Positions 61,574 through 64,000 of a stretch of DNA of 64,000 bases are shown here, in pieces. Each line of letters opens with the position of its first letter. The stretch's first letter is position 1. The position numbers and the translations under genes were made by a program. Location: contig CAZRIV010000008.1 in NCBI GenBank assembly GCA_964600235.1, positions 7,683 through 71,682 of the forward strand, written 5' to 3'. The notes beneath the pieces are model-generated. The model was not told the DNA's origin and searched no databases. It saw only the letters and a list, made by a program, of their open reading frames with translations. The stretch comes from an uncultured Bacteriovoracaceae bacterium (GTDB lineage Bacteria; Desulfobacterota; Desulfomonilia; UBA1062).

Positions 61574-63417
61574 GGCGAAACCATCTCTCAGCGCGCTCCG
61601 TCATGGTCCTGGTGGCCTGGTGCCTGTCCCTGGCCCTGTGCGGCACCGTGGAGGCAAAGACCTGCCAGGACTGCCACTACGGCGCCATGTACACGAGCGG
61701 GTTTGCAGCCTCGGTGCACGCCAAGAACGGGTGCCTGAGCTGCCACAGCGACATAACGGACATGGATCTTCACATGAAGGGTCTGAAGAAGCCTTCCCCG
61801 GTGACCTGCGGGAAGTGCCACGCCGGGATCGCCCAGAAATACCGCAAGAACTTCCACTACCTCCAGGAGGACTTCCGTTGTGTGGACTGCCACAGCGACG
61901 TGCACACCCGCACTGCCCCCACCAGGGACATCAAGATCCGCACCATCGAGAAGTGCACCCAGTGCCACGGCAACGAGGAGTACGTCAACTCCGGCCACGC
62001 CGAGGCCGTGCTCAAGGGCAACCGTGACGCCGCTGCCTGCGGCGACTGCCACGGGCTGCACGACACCCGGGTCTTCCACACCTCCCTGTCGGCCTACCCA
62101 GAAGAGGCGCGCATGTTCTACAACGACAAGTGCATCTCCTGCCACGACGATTCGGCCATGATGAAGCGGAACAACCTCTCGGACAAGGTGGTGGAATACT
62201 ACGAGGAGACCTACCACGGCAAGGTCCAGGGCGTGGGGTTCGCCACGCTCGTGGCCGGATGCGCCGACTGCCACCAGACCCACAACATCCTGCCCAAGAC
62301 CGACCCGCGCTCTTCCATCCACCCGGACAACCTGGTGGAAAACTGTGGCCGCTGTCACAAGGGCTTCCACAAGCGCTTCGTGGACTACAAGGCCCACCCG
62401 GACTACCACGACCGGCACAACTACCCGGCCCTGTTCTGGACCTTCGTCTTCATGTCCGGACTCCTCATCTTCACCTTCGTCTTTTTCTGGACCCACACGT
62501 TACTCTGGTGGCGCAAGAGCTACTGGGAGCATCACGAGCAGGAAAAGAAGGGCGTCCTGCCAGAAGTCTGCACGACCGACACGGAGGGCTTCCAGCACGT
62601 CCAGCGCTTCAGCGTGATGGACCGGGCCATGCACGTGCTGCTCATCCTCTCCTTTTTCACGCTCGTTACCACCGGGTTCCCGCTCAAGTACCACAAGGCC
62701 CCCTGGGCCAAGTTCATCATGGGTATCTGGGGCGGAGCGCCCATGGCCGGTCTCTTCCACCGCATCGCGGCCGTGGTGCTCATGGTGCTCTTCGCGGTCG
62801 TGGCCGTGCGATGCCTGCTCTTCCTGTTCCCCCCGGGAATCGGGTTCAAGGGCTGGACGGACCGCCTCTTCAGCCCGGACTCCCTGTTCCCTAGGTGGAA
62901 GGACTGGGAGGACATCAAGGGCATGATCCGCTGGTTCTTCAACAAGGGAGAGAAGCCGCGGTTCGACCGGTGGTCCTACTGGGAGAAGTTCGACTTCTGG
63001 GCCGTGTTCTGGGGCATGTTCGCCATCGGCGGCTCCGGGGTGCTCCTGTGGAATCCCGAGATATCCTCGTATATCGTGCCCGGCTGGGTGCTGAACGTGG
63101 CCACGCTGATCCATTCCGAAGAGGCCCTCCTGGCGGCGCTCTTCATCTTCACGGTCCACTTCTTCAACACCCACTTCGTGCCCGAGAAGTTCCCCATGGA
63201 CCGGCTCATCTTCACGGGCACCTATTCCATTGACAACCTGAGGCGGGAGCGGCCCGAGGAGTATGAGCGGCTTGTTGCAGAGCAGAAAATAGAGAACCTC
63301 AAGCGCAGGCATCCGAGCATCCCGCTTAAGCTAGTATCGGCAGTCATCGGGCTTGCGAGCCTGCTGCTGGGACTGACACTCACCGTTCTGTTCATCTGGG
63401 TGATCGTGGGGCTGTGA
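61570..63417 (+). CDS. CbcL-like fusion: periplasmic nonaheme cytochrome c domain + FdnI/HydC-type diheme cytochrome b membrane domain
   Basis: Signal/anchor, then nine CxxCH (CQDCH...CGRCH). The C-terminal half has 4-5 TM helices with conserved His, typical of PF01292 b-type cytochromes. The ATG overlaps the upstream stop. Confidence 0.85.
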   Translation: MRRNHLSARSVMVLVAWCLSLALCGTVEAKTCQDCHYGAMYTSGFAASVHAKNGCLSCHSDITDMDLHMKGLKKPSPVTCGKCHAGIAQKYRKNFHYLQEDFRCVDCHSDVHTRTAPTRDIKIRTIEKCTQCHGNEEYVNSGHAEAVLKGNRDAAACGDCHGLHDTRVFHTSLSAYPEEARMFYNDKCISCHDDSAMMKRNNLSDKVVEYYEETYHGKVQGVGFATLVAGCADCHQTHNILPKTDPRSSIHPDNLVENCGRCHKGFHKRFVDYKAHPDYHDRHNYPALFWTFVFMSGLLIFTFVFFWTHTLLWWRKSYWEHHEQEKKGVLPEVCTTDTEGFQHVQRFSVMDRAMHVLLILSFFTLVTTGFPLKYHKAPWAKFIMGIWGGAPMAGLFHRIAAVVLMVLFAVVAVRCLLFLFPPGIGFKGWTDRLFSPDSLFPRWKDWEDIKGMIRWFFNKGEKPRFDRWSYWEKFDFWAVFWGMFAIGGSGVLLWNPEISSYIVPGWVLNVATLIHSEEALLAALFIFTVHFFNTHFVPEKFPMDRLIFTGTYSIDNLRRERPEEYERLVAEQKIENLKRRHPSIPLKLVSAVIGLASLLLGLTLTVLFIWVIVGL

Positions 63418-63457
63418 TCATGCAGCTCGTCACATTACGCAGGAGAAAAAGACCTTC

Positions 63458-63535
63458 CCTGTACAAATAATGATGAAAACTGTCAGGAAAAGTCATATGA
63501 CTTTTCCTGACAGTTTTCATCATTATTTGTACAGG
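63458..63535. repeat. 78-bp perfect palindrome (39-bp arms, centred on CATATG)
   Basis: cctgtacaaataatgatgaaaactgtcaggaaaagtcat|atgacttttcctgacagttttcatcattatttgtacagg is an exact reverse complement. It lies between the convergent cytochrome and crp-like genes. Confidence 0.9.
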
Positions 63536-63646
63536 CCGTTTTTTCGTGCCTCTCGGCTGCAAGTACTTATTTATCCCAGATCTCGTGTTTGAAGGGGTTT
63601 CAAATTGATCCGTTCAAAGCAGTGATCTCGATGCCCGGGGAAGATA

Positions 63647-64000
63647 CTACTCCCCTTCTGCGAGCGCCTTCAGTGCCCTGGCATCCAGAATTCGGACCAC
63701 CCTTCCCTGAACTTCCAGCATGCCCTGGTCCTGCAGCTTCCTGAATGCCCGGGACAGGGCCTCGGGTGTGGACCCGAGTATCTTGGACAGCTCGCGCTGC
63801 GTAATAGGGAGCTCGATGGACCAGGCGCCGTTTCCCTCTTTTCTGCTCAGGGCCATGATGAAGGCGGCCAGTCGTTCCGGGACCTCTTTGAGCGCCAGGG
63901 ACTCGATGAGCGTCATGGACTCCTTGAGCCTGAGCGACAGCACCTTGAGGATGTTCAGAAGGAGCTCCGGCTCTTTCATGACGATCTCCTCCACAGCGGA
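63647..64000 (-). CDS. Crp/Fnr-family transcriptional regulator, C-terminal part (N-terminus beyond window end)
   Basis: C-terminal HTH ...TQRELSKILGSTPEALSRAFRKLQDQGML..., preceded by part of the dimerisation helix. The ORF is open to the window edge. Confidence 0.75.
   Translation of the reverse strand, partial: SAVEEIVMKEPELLLNILKVLSLRLKESMTLIESLALKEVPERLAAFIMALSRKEGNGAWSIELPITQRELSKILGSTPEALSRAFRKLQDQGMLEVQGRVVRILDARALKALAEGE

Overview
High-GC (~60%) window, probably from an anaerobic Desulfobacterota-like bacterium. Supporting features are multiheme cytochromes, a sigma-54 activator, a PEP-CTERM protein, tungstate/molybdate transport, 2-hydroxyacyl-CoA dehydratase and many NifX-domain proteins. 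Order along the window: (i) a partial NDP-forming acyl-CoA synthetase; (ii) a low-GC island (1.4-4.3 kb) with Ser-rich/EF-hand hypotheticals, a secreted protein and a PEP-CTERM protein; (iii) a PAS protein and an RND efflux pair; (iv) a peroxide-stress locus: a peroxiredoxin with an in-frame UGA at the peroxidatic-Cys position plus a SECIS-like hairpin, divergent PerR, catalase and a radical-SAM gene; (v) a degraded selB N-terminal fragment next to an apparently intact tRNA-Sec (selC); (vi) an orphan HgdB-like dehydratase subunit, Mop, a HAD hydrolase and NifS; (vii) pstSCAB, DUF364, ModA, a transglutaminase-like protein and a WtpA-type tungstate/molybdate ABC system; (viii) a ~9 kb minus-strand operon downstream of a sigma-54 activator, made of an MBL hydrolase, a CoADR-rhodanese, NifX-like proteins, a NifU-Mrp fusion, two MinD-ferredoxin ATPases, FmdB, TsaA and a CGGC protein; (ix) a FAD-oxidase/CCG Fe-S lactate/glycolate-dehydrogenase-like trio and an FdnH/FdnI-like module; (x) a Nik/Cbi-type ECF transporter with a DUF4198 component; (xi) PBP2, methyltransferases and UppP; (xii) an ECF sigma/anti-sigma pair with secreted Gly/Ser-rich proteins; (xiii) a periplasmic module of three multiheme cytochromes c, two Sud-like rhodaneses and a CbcL-like cytochrome c/b fusion; (xiv) a 78-bp perfect palindrome and a partial Crp/Fnr regulator. 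The first cytochrome in (xiii) carries an in-frame UGA followed by a SECIS-like hairpin. No CRISPR array, integrase or obvious mobile element was seen.
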